NCBI RefSeq assembly: GCF_033153115.1
Contig: NW_026889813.1
Location: 3,720,001 to 3,784,000, forward strand
Length of the DNA stretch: 64,000 nt
Direction of reading: 5' to 3'
Source of the DNA: Saccostrea echinata
Taxonomy: Eukaryota
Position numbers and translations under genes: made by a program. Below the pieces are notes generated by a model. It ran no database searches. It was not told the origin of the DNA and saw only the letters and a program-made list of their open reading frames with translations. This document shows positions 1-13,570 of this stretch, piece by piece; positions within the stretch are counted from its first letter, which is position 1, and each line of letters opens with the position of its first letter.

Positions 1-147
1 TTCGCTTTCATAATACAATTTGATTTGTCGTCGTATAACACGTATTAAAACTTTGTTCATTTATTTAATTTAATGAACTTAATCAAATTATAATGTAAAT
101 GTAAATAAGCAACTGATTGATCGTTAAAATCGGAGGGGGTCGGGGGC

Positions 148-980
148 ATCCGATTGAAATATGCATATCGCCGTATTAATATTTGACTTTCAACTTTACA
201 TTTCTCTTAATATATGCTTACAACAAAGTTTATTTTGTTCGATATTTTAATGAACAAGGTCGTAGATAATATTTCTCATAAAATTACAATTTTTTAAGGA
301 CATGCGACAAATTCTTCAATATCTGTTGGATTGCAATGTAAAACCGGTTAATAGCTATATTATATCTGCCCGTACTTCTATAATCATAGACTATACGATT
401 AAAATGGACAAGCTCTACTAGCTGTAAATAGCAAGTTTCTTCACGCATTAATATACATGTATATTTCTGTTTTATTTTCTTATTAACATGACTGCACCTT
501 GTGCACCACACAGTAGTCAGGTAAGACATGTAATACATGTATATTTATAACTTCATCTATTTATCAATGTTATACCTTAAATTAGAGCTAGTTCATATTT
601 CTACAGTAATTGAAGAGCACGTAAGGAATTATTTTTTCCAGCACTTTTCATACGTATGTTGTATTTGTCGTTGATAACTCCGTAAAAAGTATGCAGATCC
701 TCATCTCTCTATAACTGAATTGTCGCCTACCACGTCACAGCAGTATGGCGACGAAATCCGATGAAATATACATATCGCCGTATTAATATTTGAATTTCAA
801 CTCTAAATTTCTCTTAAAATATGCTTACAACATAGCTTATTGTGTTCGGTATTTTAATAAACAAGGTCGTAGATAATATTTTTCATAAAATACCGATTTT
901 TAAGGGCATGCGACAAGTCCTTCAGTATTTGTTGGATTGCAATCATGCAAAACCGGTTAATGGCTGGATTATATCTGCCA
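148..980 (+). repeat. Diverged ~220-bp direct duplication (148-370 vs 757-980)
   Basis: Both copies read atccgatt/atgaaatat.catatcgccgtattaatatttga...aaaaccggttaat.gct..attatatctgcc, with scattered substitutions. Confidence 0.85.
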
Positions 981-1646
981 GTGCTGCCGTTTTGGATGAC
1001 CTACTCATTGTCATTATCATTTTCTATTTTCATATTTCTTTTTAATCATATGTTGAATTAATAACCATATTTGACCCTTAACTTAATAGTTGATGTATGT
1101 CACATTGTTTTTCCTTCCAATACGGTTATAGCTTACAAGGTTGCAAATTGCAACTAAAGGACATATGGTATGTTATTAGCCGAATTTTGCAACTGATTTG
1201 ATACCGTATATTAAAAAAAAACAATTAAAATTGTGATACTTTGTCATTAAGAACTTTAATTAATGATTGCTTTAAAACCAACATTGATTTATTTCAGACA
1301 AGTTTTCAAATAGACCTCAAAAGGGTGACAAATTAGAACATTTTACCAAATTACCTCAATTCCGATGGAATTTCTTCAAAATTGAGATACATGTACTATT
1401 CACTTCGAGAACAAAGAACACAAACTGATTTTCACACAAGATGTATCTGATGCCATAGTGTATATAACATGTAAATTTGGTATATAGGCAAGTTTGCAAT
1501 CTGTGCTTTCTGAAAACAAAATGTGCCTTAATATTGAAGACACATTTTAAAATTAGGAAATTTATACCGTAAATCTGGAATTTTTTACTGTAGACGATTT
1601 TTTAGCAAATTTGCGCGTGCATTGCATTCGCAAAAATATTTTTCTA

Positions 1647-1830
1647 CCGTGACTCGGGGCCTCGGTTTTTAAGGTCTCATCCGAAAGACCCGCAACTTTC
1701 ACTTCAAAGTGCCGAGCGCTTGGCGAAGTAACAGTTGCTATCTAGCTATTTTTATTGACTTAGGTCAGTCGCGGCAGTGATTCGAACACACGACCTTCCG
1801 ATCACGGAGCGAGCGCTCTACCGATTGAGA
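1647..1830 (-). mobile_element. tRNA-derived SINE (V-domain-like core), 3'-truncated
   Basis: Reverse complement gives A box TCAATCGGTAGAGC, B box GTGTTCGAATCAC and core TTTCGGATGAGACCTTAAAAACCGAGG; same family as the SINEs at 47275, 48811 and 50343. Confidence 0.85.
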
Positions 1831-2189
1831 ATCATTAAGCAAAATTAATGCAATTCATGAGAAATATCAACAAGTATTGCTCCATTTATTTTTTTGTATA
1901 TTTTGTATTTCTACGTCATTCGAGTACCGCCTACACTGTTACTGACATCGATAGTAAGGATTCGTTATACATGTACTTGTACGTTACTGCAATGTCATAT
2001 TTAACACATTCCTGTACTTTACCGTCAATACAATTGAATTTAAAGTTGCTAGGAAATCAGGAAATTTTTAAGAGATTAAATGGGGGAGAACTACAAATAG
2101 CGAAAATCCTAGTAAGTGAATCAGAAAATTATTTTGCATAATTATTTTGTTAAAAAAATTTCATTGTACACAAAAGTCCTCTGTAGATG

Positions 2190-2720
2190 TTAAAAAGTAG
2201 ATATGAAGAATTATGCTTGAGTTTCTGATTGGCAATATCTATGTAGTTTTAGAGATCAAGTCTTCCAACAATCTGTCGGAATTTCCATGGGTACCAATTA
2301 CGCCCCGTTATTAGCAGACCTATTTTTGTAGTCACATGAAGCAGAATTTCTTAAAAACTTATGCATGAGAAGAAGAAGACTTTCTTTGGCCTTCAACTCG
2401 ACATTTAGATATATTGATGACTTATTATCAATTATCAATAGCTACTTCCATTCATATGTCGAACCGATATATCCCAGTGAACTTAAAATAAAAGATACCA
2501 CAGAGTCTGACACATCTGTTTCATATTTGGTTATTTTACTAGAAAAAGACGTTAATGGTAACAGGCTACTAACAACAAAACTTTATGATAAACGTGGTGA
2601 CTTCAACTTTTCTATAGTCAACTTCCCTTGCGTATGTAGCAATGTATCTTTATCACCTGGATATGGGGTTTATATCTCCCAGCTGATTCGATAAGCAAGA
2701 GAATGCTCCACATGGAAATT
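2190..2720 (+). mobile_element. Penelope-like retroelement reverse transcriptase remnant (stop codons)
   Basis: Translates as QQSVGISMGTNYAPLLADLFL*SHE...FRYIDDLLS...IYPSELKIKDTT...TKLYDKRGDFNFSIVNFP...YGVYISQLIR*, typical PLE RT motifs. Confidence 0.85.
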
Positions 2721-5397
2721 TTTAGAAATTGTTCGTATGCATGAAAGCATCAACGTTGGACACTTCCATCTCTCTGTTAGTTGAAGAACACAGTCAATGC
2801 CTAATTAGATTTCTGCTCCGTTTTCTTAGATTAGCTTTTTATAGAGACACGGACATGCATTCTTGTTTCAATTACAAGTTTATTATCTTGACAATCTTCA
2901 TCTCAAAATCCAAAATATCACTTAGAATGACATCTGTAATATTATTAGATTGCTCATCATATGCGAATTTGTTTTACATCGAAAAAATGTTTTCTTCCTC
3001 AGAAGTAATACTTTCAACATTCACAATCAAAAGAAAATGGCGTTAGAATCTCAAGCCTTGTATTTAATATTCTTTATTCAATTAGAAAAGCACTTACCTG
3101 TAACTGTCCAGTAAGTTAACAAATACAATGAATGCTATTATTTTCTAATGTAAACAACCCCTGTACCCGGTAACTCGAATGTTTAACTAAATACAATGGA
3201 TGTTTACTTGAAAAGGAGAAACAATATAATTCTAAGTGAATACATTATAAATACAATAGAGTAAATGTTTTAAGTAGGTAACAGGCTTCAAACTGTCCAT
3301 TCTGTGAGCCTTACGGCACTCCAACATGTACAGTTCTTTCCTCTCACAGAATGAACGTTACCTAGGAGTCTCCTTCCAGCTGAGTAGAACAGATAATAAG
3401 AAAGACAACTCAAATATATACATGTAGTTAATATTTCATTAAAAATTCTCGCAAGAAAAAAAAGAAAAAGTATGCATACATTTGCAAAAAAGTTTAAAGA
3501 CTTTGTGGCTGTTTTGATGTGAAGTAACTAATAAAATAATCATTTTTTAAGAGTAAGTGGTATACATGTATGTGATATAAAAAACATGTAGCATATTTAC
3601 ATGAACCCCGGGCCGAATGAAGCAATATCAAAAGGGGGATGTAACACAAATTCCTTGATAATGAATACTTGCAAATTATAAGGCAGTTGCGTATATTCCA
3701 TATAGGCAAAAAGGCTGTAGCCTACACATAATTTTTTCAGGGATAAAAATTTGGTTGAATAAAGGGGCGGGGAGATGAAAATAAATCGCACCTATAAATT
3801 TTATTTTGTTGCAAATGCCAAAAAGGCATTCTTAGCAATCCACACTTTTATACTTATCCGATTATGTTTACAGCTTTGCTTTATATTAAGGGGCAAAACT
3901 ATTCCCATAGCTGGAATTTTTTAAGCCAAAGTTCAAGTGTTATTTTAAAATACTAAGTCTGTATCAGAAAATTCCATCGAAAGCATAAGTGCAGGAAATG
4001 AAATTGATAACTTGAAATATATTTGATTAGTAGGAAATTAAACGTATTGTTCGAATTTTGATTATTCAGTAAGGAAGTTTCCATATTTTCTAAGCAGAGT
4101 AAAAGGATAAGTTAAGAGTTCTCAGTTTTGGTAAATGGTCTTCATATCGCCTACAATATTATTTTAACAGGTCAAATAAAAATTGTAGATGTCTGGGTTT
4201 GCAAAAATGCTCCCTTTGAAACCCCCCCCCCCCAACTATCGAGAGGGAGCTCCTTGCCTACCCACACTTTGCACCTCAGGTTAAACCTGTGACTTCACTC
4301 TAGCCTAAAAGGAATATACGCCAATGTATGGGACCCCCCCCCCCCCCTTTTTCCCTACGGACCTGTTAATATATAGAAATCAAAATAGGTATTTCCGACA
4401 CAGATGTATATTTAATGGTAATGTGAAGAAAATCTGAAACTTTCAGAATGCCAATTGTTTGATCTACTAACTTTCGATCGATTCGCTTCAAAGACTTGAA
4501 ATATGTCACCAATCATATTTAGAAACATAAAGTTAAAATTGTTCCCAAAAAGATTACAATTCTCAGGTACTTTGAAAACTTATTTAACTCAAGCTCTCAC
4601 AAGAGACCTAAGAGTACAAACATTATAAAAATAAGTTTATACAGGAATTTATAGAAGAGTTCACAGGTGTTGGAAGATAATATAAAAGTTATACATGTAT
4701 TTCATTGGTTTAGACATAACAGTTTTGCCACATTTTACTTTACCCAATAAGAATATTCATGTACTTATCCTGTGTATTCAGGAAATTAAAAAAAAAAACA
4801 AACAAACTTTTTTTTCCTTTTCTTGCATGAATCATGGGATTAAATTTACACTTTTCTTGCTCAAGGTAATCACAATTGAACAAATAATGTATGGAAGGGA
4901 ATTACCGCCAAAAGTCTATTTATCTTGCTTTTATTCTTATTCTGCTTACTTCTTCCTTCTTTGTTATTATTGTAACTATATGTCACTTTATTATTTTCAT
5001 ATTCATCTTTATTACATTTCACTTTGAACTTTTTTCATTCTTCATTTTGTCCTTACTTCTATATTGCTTTATTCTTGTAAATACGGACTTTTTCCTTTTA
5101 AATTGATACAGTTTCTTAAATAAATAATTATGATCATCTCTATTACAAATGTTAATTCAGTCACGCAAACCATGAAGCGCATTCAACGAAGACGAATACT
5201 AGTAGTGTGAATTTAATGCGGCATTATAACGCTAGGTGGCAGGGTGTTCGCTGCGAGTGTTGGTAAAATTAGGTACGCAAACCCGGGCCGGGGTTACTCG
5301 AAATTTTCCAATTTCCTATTAATACTTTATCAATCGAACCCAAATTTTCAAGTTATGTTAGTTATAGGTTTATTTGTATACGCTGTAATATTGCCCC

Positions 5398-6243
5398 GAA
5401 ATGCTCAATATTTTAGATTTTCTCGAAGTTATTTGATTTCCAAGTTGGTAAAATGGGAAGGCAGTATCAAGCTGACATTTTTAGTGTTTTTTGTTTTGTT
5501 TTTTTTTTTGACAAAAAGCTAAAAAATTTATAAATTATTCTGATGTTGAACATTATATTTTAACTATTTATAAGCATTTCTTCTTTCAAATGTGCTTTTG
5601 TTGCTTTAAATAACACGTTTTAAGAAAATCTGGGTCATTAAAACCGGACCAATGATGAAAACTCCAAAATAATTGTGTATTTTCTGTCACCTGAAAAATA
5701 TAACTCTATTCAAGTTATTTGTTGGATTATTGAATTTCAGTTTTATTGATATAAAAAATATTAAATATTTTGTTGATTACTAGAATACCCTTATAAATTG
5801 AGTTGTTTTTCGGGACCCCTATATATTCTTCCACTGAACTGACATTTCTTCATTTCAGGATAATAACTGTTCATGCGCAGTCGCGTGATTCTGGGGACCG
5901 GGGCTAGTCTGGTTTCGGCCAACCCATAATGCTCTGCAAAGAAGTGCGGAACGTCATGGGTAGGCGTCGCCGGAACCAGGCTAGACTAGGGCATACTAGA
6001 GACTTCCCCCGGTTTTTTATGAAAATATATATTATTTTTTTGTATAGAAATAGCACTTTTCAATAAAGAAATAAATATCTCTGGTAAGCACACAGTGTTT
6101 GACATCAGAATAACTCAAAAAATATTTTGTCAATGTCTCGTTTGGCAAAAAATACGTAAAATGTCGGCTTGATATTGCCTACCCATCTTAGCAAATTGGA
6201 AATCAAAAATCGCCAAAAATAATCTAAAATATTGAGATTTTCA
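5398..6243. repeat. Nested inverted repeat (5398-5483 / 6158-6243) enclosing an imperfect hairpin at 5904-5984
   Basis: ctcaatattttagatt...tgatttccaa.ttg.taa.atggg.aggca.tatcaagc.gacattt occurs in both orientations; central ctagtctggtttcggc...gccggaaccaggctag. Confidence 0.75.
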
Positions 6244-6304
6244 AAATATAAATACATGAATATGAATATTGGCAATTTTTACAGCGAATACAGATAAAAC
6301 TTAG

Positions 6305-6641
6305 AGATGTAGCATTGTTTTTGAAAGGGGCAGCCAGAGAAAAAAAATAACTTACCTAAAAATCTTGACAAGTAAAACAAACAAACAAACAAAAAAAGAG
6401 GAAAATTCTTCAAACTCGAAAATTCTATTGAGGGTGGGGGGTGGAGGGGGGTCCAACTTCTTTCAGTACCAAATTTTACTCATACATCACTACGTACATG
6501 GCCCTTATTTGACTAAACTGCAACAAAAAGTGGGAGGGGGCAACCAAACTTTCATTGAACATTGTTAGTAACTAAATGTTATGGCTAGAAAAATGTTTGG
6601 TGGCCAGCCCCCCCCCCCCCCCCCCCCCCGCTACCGGTGTC
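6305..6641 (+). mobile_element. Short MITE-like interspersed repeat (family also at ~29220-29435 reverse and 35563-35905)
   Basis: Shared gtagcat.gtttttgaa..gggg, ttgacaag.aaaa, tcaaactcgaaaat and poly-C end. Confidence 0.65.
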
Positions 6642-6843
6642 ATATAGTGAGACTTCCCCCATAGTGAGTATTCCCCCAGGAAGTCTGGCTATATAGTGAG
6701 ACTTCCCCTCCGCGAGGGAGGGGGGACAATGACTATAAAGTGAGCCTTCCGCCCTAAACGACCATAGTGAGACTTCCCCTTCCGTGTTTGGTTTGGATTT
6801 TATTTACATCGACGATGTATATATTGCATATTTAGGTAATGAT

Positions 6844-6922
<79 letters not shown>

Positions 6923-7395
6923 ATGCATAGTTTCAAATGAGTCAATATAAAAGTGCGCATTAAAAAAATTATCGTGCACAGCAGATTATTGTATTGTTCC
7001 GAGACGATTCTTATCAAAAGAAAAAAGACATAATTAGTTTAACAGTAAAGAGGTCATTACCCATAGAAACGTGCAGTTTACCTATGTTTACCTGCATGGC
7101 TAAGATGTTTAATTATAAAAATCAGTATTAAAATGTTTTAATTATTTATTCATATATTCATTTATTCATTCATATAGGACGGATAACTTTTATCCAAACA
7201 CTGAAGTCGTTAGTATAAAAACATTGTTTTACAATAAAAAAAATATTCGGAAACTAAATTAAAGGGGGAAGTTTCGCTACGAAGGGTGAATACTGACTAT
7301 ATAGTGAGACTTCCCCCGGAAGACTGGCTATATAGTGAGACTTCCCCTGGAGAAGTCTCACTATATAGCTAGTCTTCCGGGGAAAATCTTACCAT
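6642..7395. repeat. Clusters of ATAGTGAGACTTCCCC motifs in direct and inverted orientation (MITE-like subterminal repeats) around a (TA)n tract
   Basis: Motif at ~6644, 6661, 6693, 6765, 7301, 7332 and inverted at ~7350; (TA)n at 6847-6918. Confidence 0.75.
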
Positions 7396-9989
7396 CTAGC
7401 CAGCCTTCAGGGGGAACGACACCGGGTACACCCACGAACCTATAACATACATCATTTGAAAATTTGGGTTCGATTGATAAAAAATTAAGGCAGAAAATTG
7501 GAAAATTTCGAGTAACCCCGGCCCGGGTTTGCGTACCTAATTTTACCAACACTCGCAGCGAACACCCTGCCACCTAGTGTTATAATGCCGCATTAAATTC
7601 ACACTACTAGTATTCGTCTTCGTTGAATGCGCTTCATGGTTTGCGTGACTGAATTAACATTTGTAATAGAGATGATCATAATTATTTATTTAAGAAACTG
7701 TATCAATTTAAAAGAAAAAAGTCCGTATTTACAAGAATAAAGCAATATAGAAGTAAGGACAAAATGAAGAATGAAAAAAGTTCAAAGTGAAATGTAATAA
7801 AGATGAATATGAAAATGATAAAGTGACATATAGTTACAATAATAACAAAGAAGGAAGAAGTAAGCAGAATAAGAATAAAAGCAAGATAAATAGACTTTTG
7901 GCGGCAATTCCCTTCCATAATAATGAAACTCATTATCCAGTTCTTCTTCATTGCTTGTTTGTTTGTTTTCTTCATTGCAAAGATTTAAAATTCTTTCAGT
8001 TCTATTTAAAAAAAAACAAGCAAAAAACTACCTGTCTCAATTGGGAGTCAATGTTTACTTCATCTAAATTTACAAAATGTATACATGAGATCAATAGGTA
8101 ATTCATAAAAATACTTTTCAAAGCCAAAATCAGTATTAAAATCTCTTTAATTTCAACACTTTGGTGAATTACGTAATTGCTTTATCCATTCATCAATAAA
8201 TTGCATTGCGTTGTTTCCCATTTTTAGATACTAGTGTCTTCTCCCAAATTTAGTATTGGTTCAATTTAAATTTGTCACAGTATTTGAACAAATTCTAAAT
8301 TTTGTATTCGAGAAATTTTCTCTTGTTAACCTCTGAAGATTCGTTAAAAACACAATTATTAACCCCATACTTAAAGGTCAAATTCATAGGAAATAGAAAC
8401 ACTTGTAAATGATATACATGTATTTTGTAAATAATAGTTAAAAAGAAGGAATCACAATATTCGTTAAATTTTAAACCTTGTTGTTTTCTTTATTTACCTG
8501 ATTAAAAATCGCTAAAAATAACGTTTATCAATAGAGTTACTTACCCTTTTTGTGACGTCATAAGAGACAATCTACATCAGAAACTGATAATATCTAGTAA
8601 TATAAATATAGTGCAAGTAATATAAATATAATATAGTGCTCTCGATTATCTTAAAATTGGCAAATTTTAGGGAATGGAGATGTTGATATACCAGAGGTAG
8701 ATCTTTCAGTTAAGAATAGGCTCTACATGTTTGAGCCAACCAAGGAAAGTACATGAATATGATTATTCTTCTCAACCCATTCTGTTTCGTCCGAAGGCTC
8801 CAGGCGCGTAGCTGCCCAAAATATGCAAATACGCAAGTGCGTATACATCACCCACCATCCCCCCCCCCCAAAAAAAAAAAAACCAACCAAACAAACAAAC
8901 AAACAAACAAATAAATAAATAAGGAGAGAGGGAGAGAGATCCGTAAAAAAAAAAAATCATTCCCATCCAACAAATATTCGTGTTTTGAATTATTTTGTGT
9001 CATACTGTTTTGATTTGAATTTTCAATTATCATGACTCTATAGTAAAATTTGAAATCCTTTATTAAACCTTTGCCAAATCATTCATTGATTTGTAATTGT
9101 TCTTTAATACATTGATTTTTATATAAAAAGATCTTCGAGAAATTAAAGTTCAAACGCATCGTTGAATGATATGATCTGTTAGTATATAATTTAAAAATTA
9201 GCATATACTATAGTATATATAGTTTACGTGCTTTTGATACTACATATCCAGTAAGTTTCCATGAAAGTATTAGCTTTGTGTTAAAACAATAAACATACCT
9301 ACATCTTTTATTTTGTAAAGAAAAACTAAATGGCATAATTTTTATTTTGCCAGAAAATGAATGAAATAACTGTTAAAACACAGAAGCTTCTGTCCCTTCA
9401 GCAGCAGTCATTAGTTATGGGGGGGGGGCACCCAACATCCCCCAATTATTTCCAAACCTTACCTTTCACTATTGAAACTGTTATTTGAAAGGGTGATTAA
9501 CCCCCCCCCCCCACCAAACATTGGTTGAAGCGTAGTTAAATCATGGTAGTTTGGTAATGTATTAATAAAATTTTGATTTTTGAAAGTTGGAGCCTAACAC
9601 CCTCACCCCCCGACCCCCGCCGCTCTCTGCGTACAATATCACTTCCATTCTGGTCACGCCATAAGACGCTTTCATTAAAAAATATCTAAAAATCAATTAC
9701 TTCACCCTAATTCAGTTTTTAGATTAAAGAAAAAATAAATGTTCTTAATAATTAAATATCTATTCTGATTTCTTGTGGTAATTGTGTGATAACTGTGTTA
9801 CGATGCCGACAGCAAGAGAAAGTTAATGGGGTAGAAAAACAAATATTGTGTACAGTAAATTTGATGAACAATCACTTTGTTTAATATCCGATGAAAATGC
9901 CTTACGTACAGGCAGGAAGTATCGGGGGAGGGGGTGCTCTCCTGACTTTTTCCTAGAATTAATTTCTTGCTTTTAACCCCTACTTTTTA

Positions 9990-10581
9990 CGAAAGCCTAT
10001 TAGGATCAAACTACGGTAAAAAAAAATTAAAAGGCGCTATAACGCCTTTTTAAAAGGCATTATTACGCCTTTCCAAAAGGTATTTTTACGCCTTTCCAAA
10101 AGTCGTTATTATGCTTTTCCAAAAGGCGTTATTACGCCTTTTTAAATAGGCGTTATTATGCTTTTCCAAAAGGCGTTATTACGCCTTTTTAAAAGACGTT
10201 ATTACGCCTTTCCAAAAGGCGTTATTACGCCTTTTATTTTTCAATACATGACTTACTTAGCCCACTCTGGGGGCGGATTATAATTAGATTTGCAGGAAAA
10301 AAAAAAGATTTTTAAATGTGTAAAATATGTTCAGTGTTAAACCAACTTAGTCCTTGTCTGATGCCAGACATCTCTACAAAGGTGTTTGGATTTCATAAAT
10401 TTGGTTGAAGGCTAATTGCTCATTATACCTATGAAAATAGTTTGCCTGCTTTTTTCCAAGAGGAGAAAAAAATATTTCAAATTTGACATTTTGGAAAGGA
10501 GTAATAACGTTATTTCGCCTTTTTTCGTGTTATAACGCCTTTTAAATTTTTTTAACGTAGTTTGATTCTAATAGGCTTTCG
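9990..10581. mobile_element. MITE with ~55-bp TIRs and an internal tandem array of palindromic 23-mers
   Basis: CGAAAGCCTATTAGGATCAAACTACG... / ...CGTAGTTTGATTCTAATAGGCTTTCG; flanks tacttttta/tactttttt (possible 9-bp TSD); about 9 units of AAAAGGCGTTATTACGCCTTTT(CC) at 10030-10235. Confidence 0.85.
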
Positions 10582-12147
10582 TACTTTTTTCTAGAAGTAA
10601 TTTATTACTTTAAATTTTCATGAAAGGATGGTAACAACCCCCTCCCCCTTTTTTTTTTTTTACAGTAAGGTAAATTTCCCACACCTCAATATATCCAAGT
10701 TTTCATTCAGAAAAAGACTACCCCCCTCCCCCACCTTTTAAGGGGTTTTTTGAGTATGGATTTCTTTCTTTTAGCTTGTCAAAATTTTTATCAATAATCT
10801 TTTTGGCTTGTCAATTACCCCCCCCCCCACCATATTCAGACTGCCCCCCCCCCACCCCTTGGCTATTGATTCTTTCACCATGCTAAACAACTTTTTTTCC
10901 TTGAAAGAATAACATTTATGTACACAATGAAAAAAACATGCACATGGTATTTCCTTGATCATACATGTCGCTTATCGCAGATTTGTCGGATGGGTATATC
11001 AGCGCCTCGGGAAGAACATATGAATTCTTGTGGCAGGCACCTAACGAATTGTTAGTGTATATACCCCCATCCCCACTGAGTTTTTTTTAGACACGATACA
11101 TAAATTCCTTGTCTATCATACCAATACTTCGATATTTGATATCATTTTCCGTTTTTGTCAAGTTTTAGAGATTGTTCCTTTACGGTATTACTATATCAGT
11201 CATTCTACAATAAAAGGACCAATTTAGGGTATAAAAAATGAAAAAAAAATATTGTTTCAAATAGCAAATTGAACATCATAATTCTTTAAAGGACATATCA
11301 GTGAACTTGAAAAAAAGAATTGTCCACAAATCTGGTATAGTTAGCTTTTTACATCAATTTCATTTTACCATTGATTCTAAAATGTTACGAAGTTAATGCT
11401 TGAACATCTTATTATTTTTTTAAATAAAGCTGAATTTGACCAATTTTTTTTTTAAAAATTTGTTTTTTTGATGTTCAATATAGAACGCTAAAGTATGATT
11501 CTTGACCTTTAATATCGTACAGTAAAGTGGCTATTTTCATAGCATCAAAAAATTTAAAGAAAATATTGATATGTAGAACAAAGTTTCGTTGATTTACACA
11601 GTACAGAAAACATGCCTTTCTATCTAACTTGTCAAGAAAGGGATTAACAAGCTTTGAATGAACCCATTCTAGATAAAATAAAGTCCTCTCCTACAGTGAG
11701 AGGTTCATCATTGTACAAAAAATTGCCTTTCTTTCACCTTTTCTATTTTTTTTAAATACATGACAGCATTAGTTCGTGTGCATGCCCATTGCTAGGGTTA
11801 TCGTTTCTTGTTGAGGAAATGCACATGAATAGACAGTACATACATATCCGTCATTAAAGACTTTCCTGTTAAGGGGTGTAAGTAGCAACAGTTATAGCTG
11901 TATATGCAGTCAAATTTGTTCAAATAATAGAAACTATTATATTATAGGACAATTATGCATACAAAAATGTAAGATTTATCGATTATTTAAAAAAAAAATC
12001 ATAATACATGTATATAATCTCAAAACGTACATACTTCAGTGAATTCATTCACTTGCACATACTATATAACTTTTAAAAACAAGACAAGATAAATGACATC
12101 CAATTTTTTTTCTTACTTGAAAAAATAAACATAAGCGTATTGATTTC

Positions 12148-12209
12148 GGGAAATCCCCCGTCATGTGCATGTGTCGTAACATTTCCATGAAAGGCAACTT
12201 TCGTTTTTC
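12148..12209. promoter_or_regulatory. Candidate immune promoter: NF-kB site GGGAAATCCC and IRF-E-like GAAAAACGAAAGT
   Basis: GGGAAATCCC at 12148-12157 and ACTTTCGTTTTTC at 12197-12209, just before a splice donor ctg|gtaaga at 12213/12214 (possible non-coding first exon of paralogue A). Confidence 0.4.
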
Positions 12210-13101
12210 CCTGGTAAGACATATGAAAAATGTATTTATAGATTACTTTGACATAGATTTATATGTATTTTAAAATTGATTGCAAAGATCAATATTTGAA
12301 TTTTCATATTTGTTTCATTTTATACATTAGTTATTTTTATTTAAATCAATATTTAAAAATGGAAGGCCTTATGAGTTATTTACCTTGCTGTATTTAATTC
12401 GAGTTTGCTTCGTTTTTTATTTGAAAGATTGAAAACTACTCTTTGTAAGATTATAGCCATTTTCTAAATAGACATAATATAAGAATAGTTGGTTTAATAA
12501 AGAAGTGGGTTTACAAATGGGAAATTATATATAAATCATGGCCACTTCCTGTTTATGTAGATACATGTTTTTAAAATTTATTTTTAGAAAATACTTTTTC
12601 TAGGGATTCTTATTGACCTCTTTCACCATTAATTATCAAGTTTGTGTGGTCCTTAAAATTTATCCATGCAACAGACTTAAACAATATAATGGGAACAAAA
12701 ACTGAAAATGTAGATAAATTTGGTATCTACTGTTTGTATTCTCATGCAGCGCCGTATATAAAGAAATAAATTTACTCAATTCATAGAGTGTAAAGTAAAG
12801 AAGTACTTTTTGAAAAGGTGCGTTCATAAATTACGAACTTTCACCCAAAATAAAAATCTTTCAATTCGTAACTTTCAATGTTCAGTGAACCTTGGGCATT
12901 GTATTTCTACATGTACTATTATTCTGTTTGATGTGCATATTCTTTTGTAAATATACCCCCTTTTTCTATGTATTTCCATCTCCTTTGATAAACGTGCTAC
13001 ATGTAAATATCTTCTACATTGAAATGTTGTTGTTTTTTTTGCGATCATGTCTTTCTTTTGGTTCCCATAAATACCCTTTTGAATAATCCTGTTTATTACC
13101 A

Positions 13102-13368
13102 ATCTTACCACAGTCCATACATCCTCGATCTTACCACAGTCCATAACATCCTCGATCTTACCACAATCCATAACATCCTTGATCTTACCACAATCCATAA
13201 CATCCTTGATCTTACCACAATCCATAACATCCTCGATCTTACCACAAGCCATAACATCCTCGATCTTACCACAAGCCATAACATCCTTGATCTTACCACA
13301 AGCCATAACATCCTTGATCTTACCACAGTCCATAGCATCCTCGATCTTACCACAATCCGTAACATGCT
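13102..13368 (+). repeat. 27-bp minisatellite, ~10 copies
   Basis: Unit ATCTTACCACA(A/G)(T/G)CCATAACATCCT(C/T)G; it produces the 9-aa-periodic ORFs in the track. Confidence 0.95.
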
Positions 13369-13570
13369 CGGCTTTGGTTATTAGCTGTTAACCACGAAAT
13401 CACTACAATAACTTTTAAAAGTGGCAGAATTTTTTTCTTTTTTACTAATTTTCGGTCATATTTTACGTACTATGCGAGGTTTGGTCTTAAAAGAACAAAA
13501 AATACATGTAGATATATGTAGCCGCAAAATTTATACTTTCTTTTGTCACTATCCTTCAACCTACTGTTTA

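Larger units (their letters stand above)
4890..7919. mobile_element. Non-autonomous DNA transposon with ~480-bp TIRs and 6-bp TSD (IS3EU-like termini)
   Basis: 4890-~5370 is an inverted copy of ~7437-7919 (mirror ORFs 4891+ and 7703-). Termini TATGG...CCATA; ATAATG flanks both ends (4884-4889, 7920-7925). No transposase ORF inside. Confidence 0.85.

Noticed and set aside
2730-3110. Possible minus-strand gene start (donor cag|gtaagt near 3097) and a decayed acidic reading frame
   Set aside because: No continuous frame or recognisable product; not supportable from sequence alone.
4695-8101. Mirror ORFs MEGN(Y/C)RQKSIYLAF as membrane proteins
   Set aside because: They are low-complexity translations of the two TIR arms.
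10030-10235. CRISPR-like array of palindromic repeats
   Set aside because: No unique spacers, no cas genes, eukaryotic context, and the array lies inside a TIR element.
11286-11872. Kolobok-like element (TTAA AGG start)
   Set aside because: No convincing matching right TIR found.
12875-13391. Repeat-protein ORFs (MDCGKIKDV etc.)
   Set aside because: Produced by a 27-bp minisatellite open in several frames on both strands; no splice or homology support.
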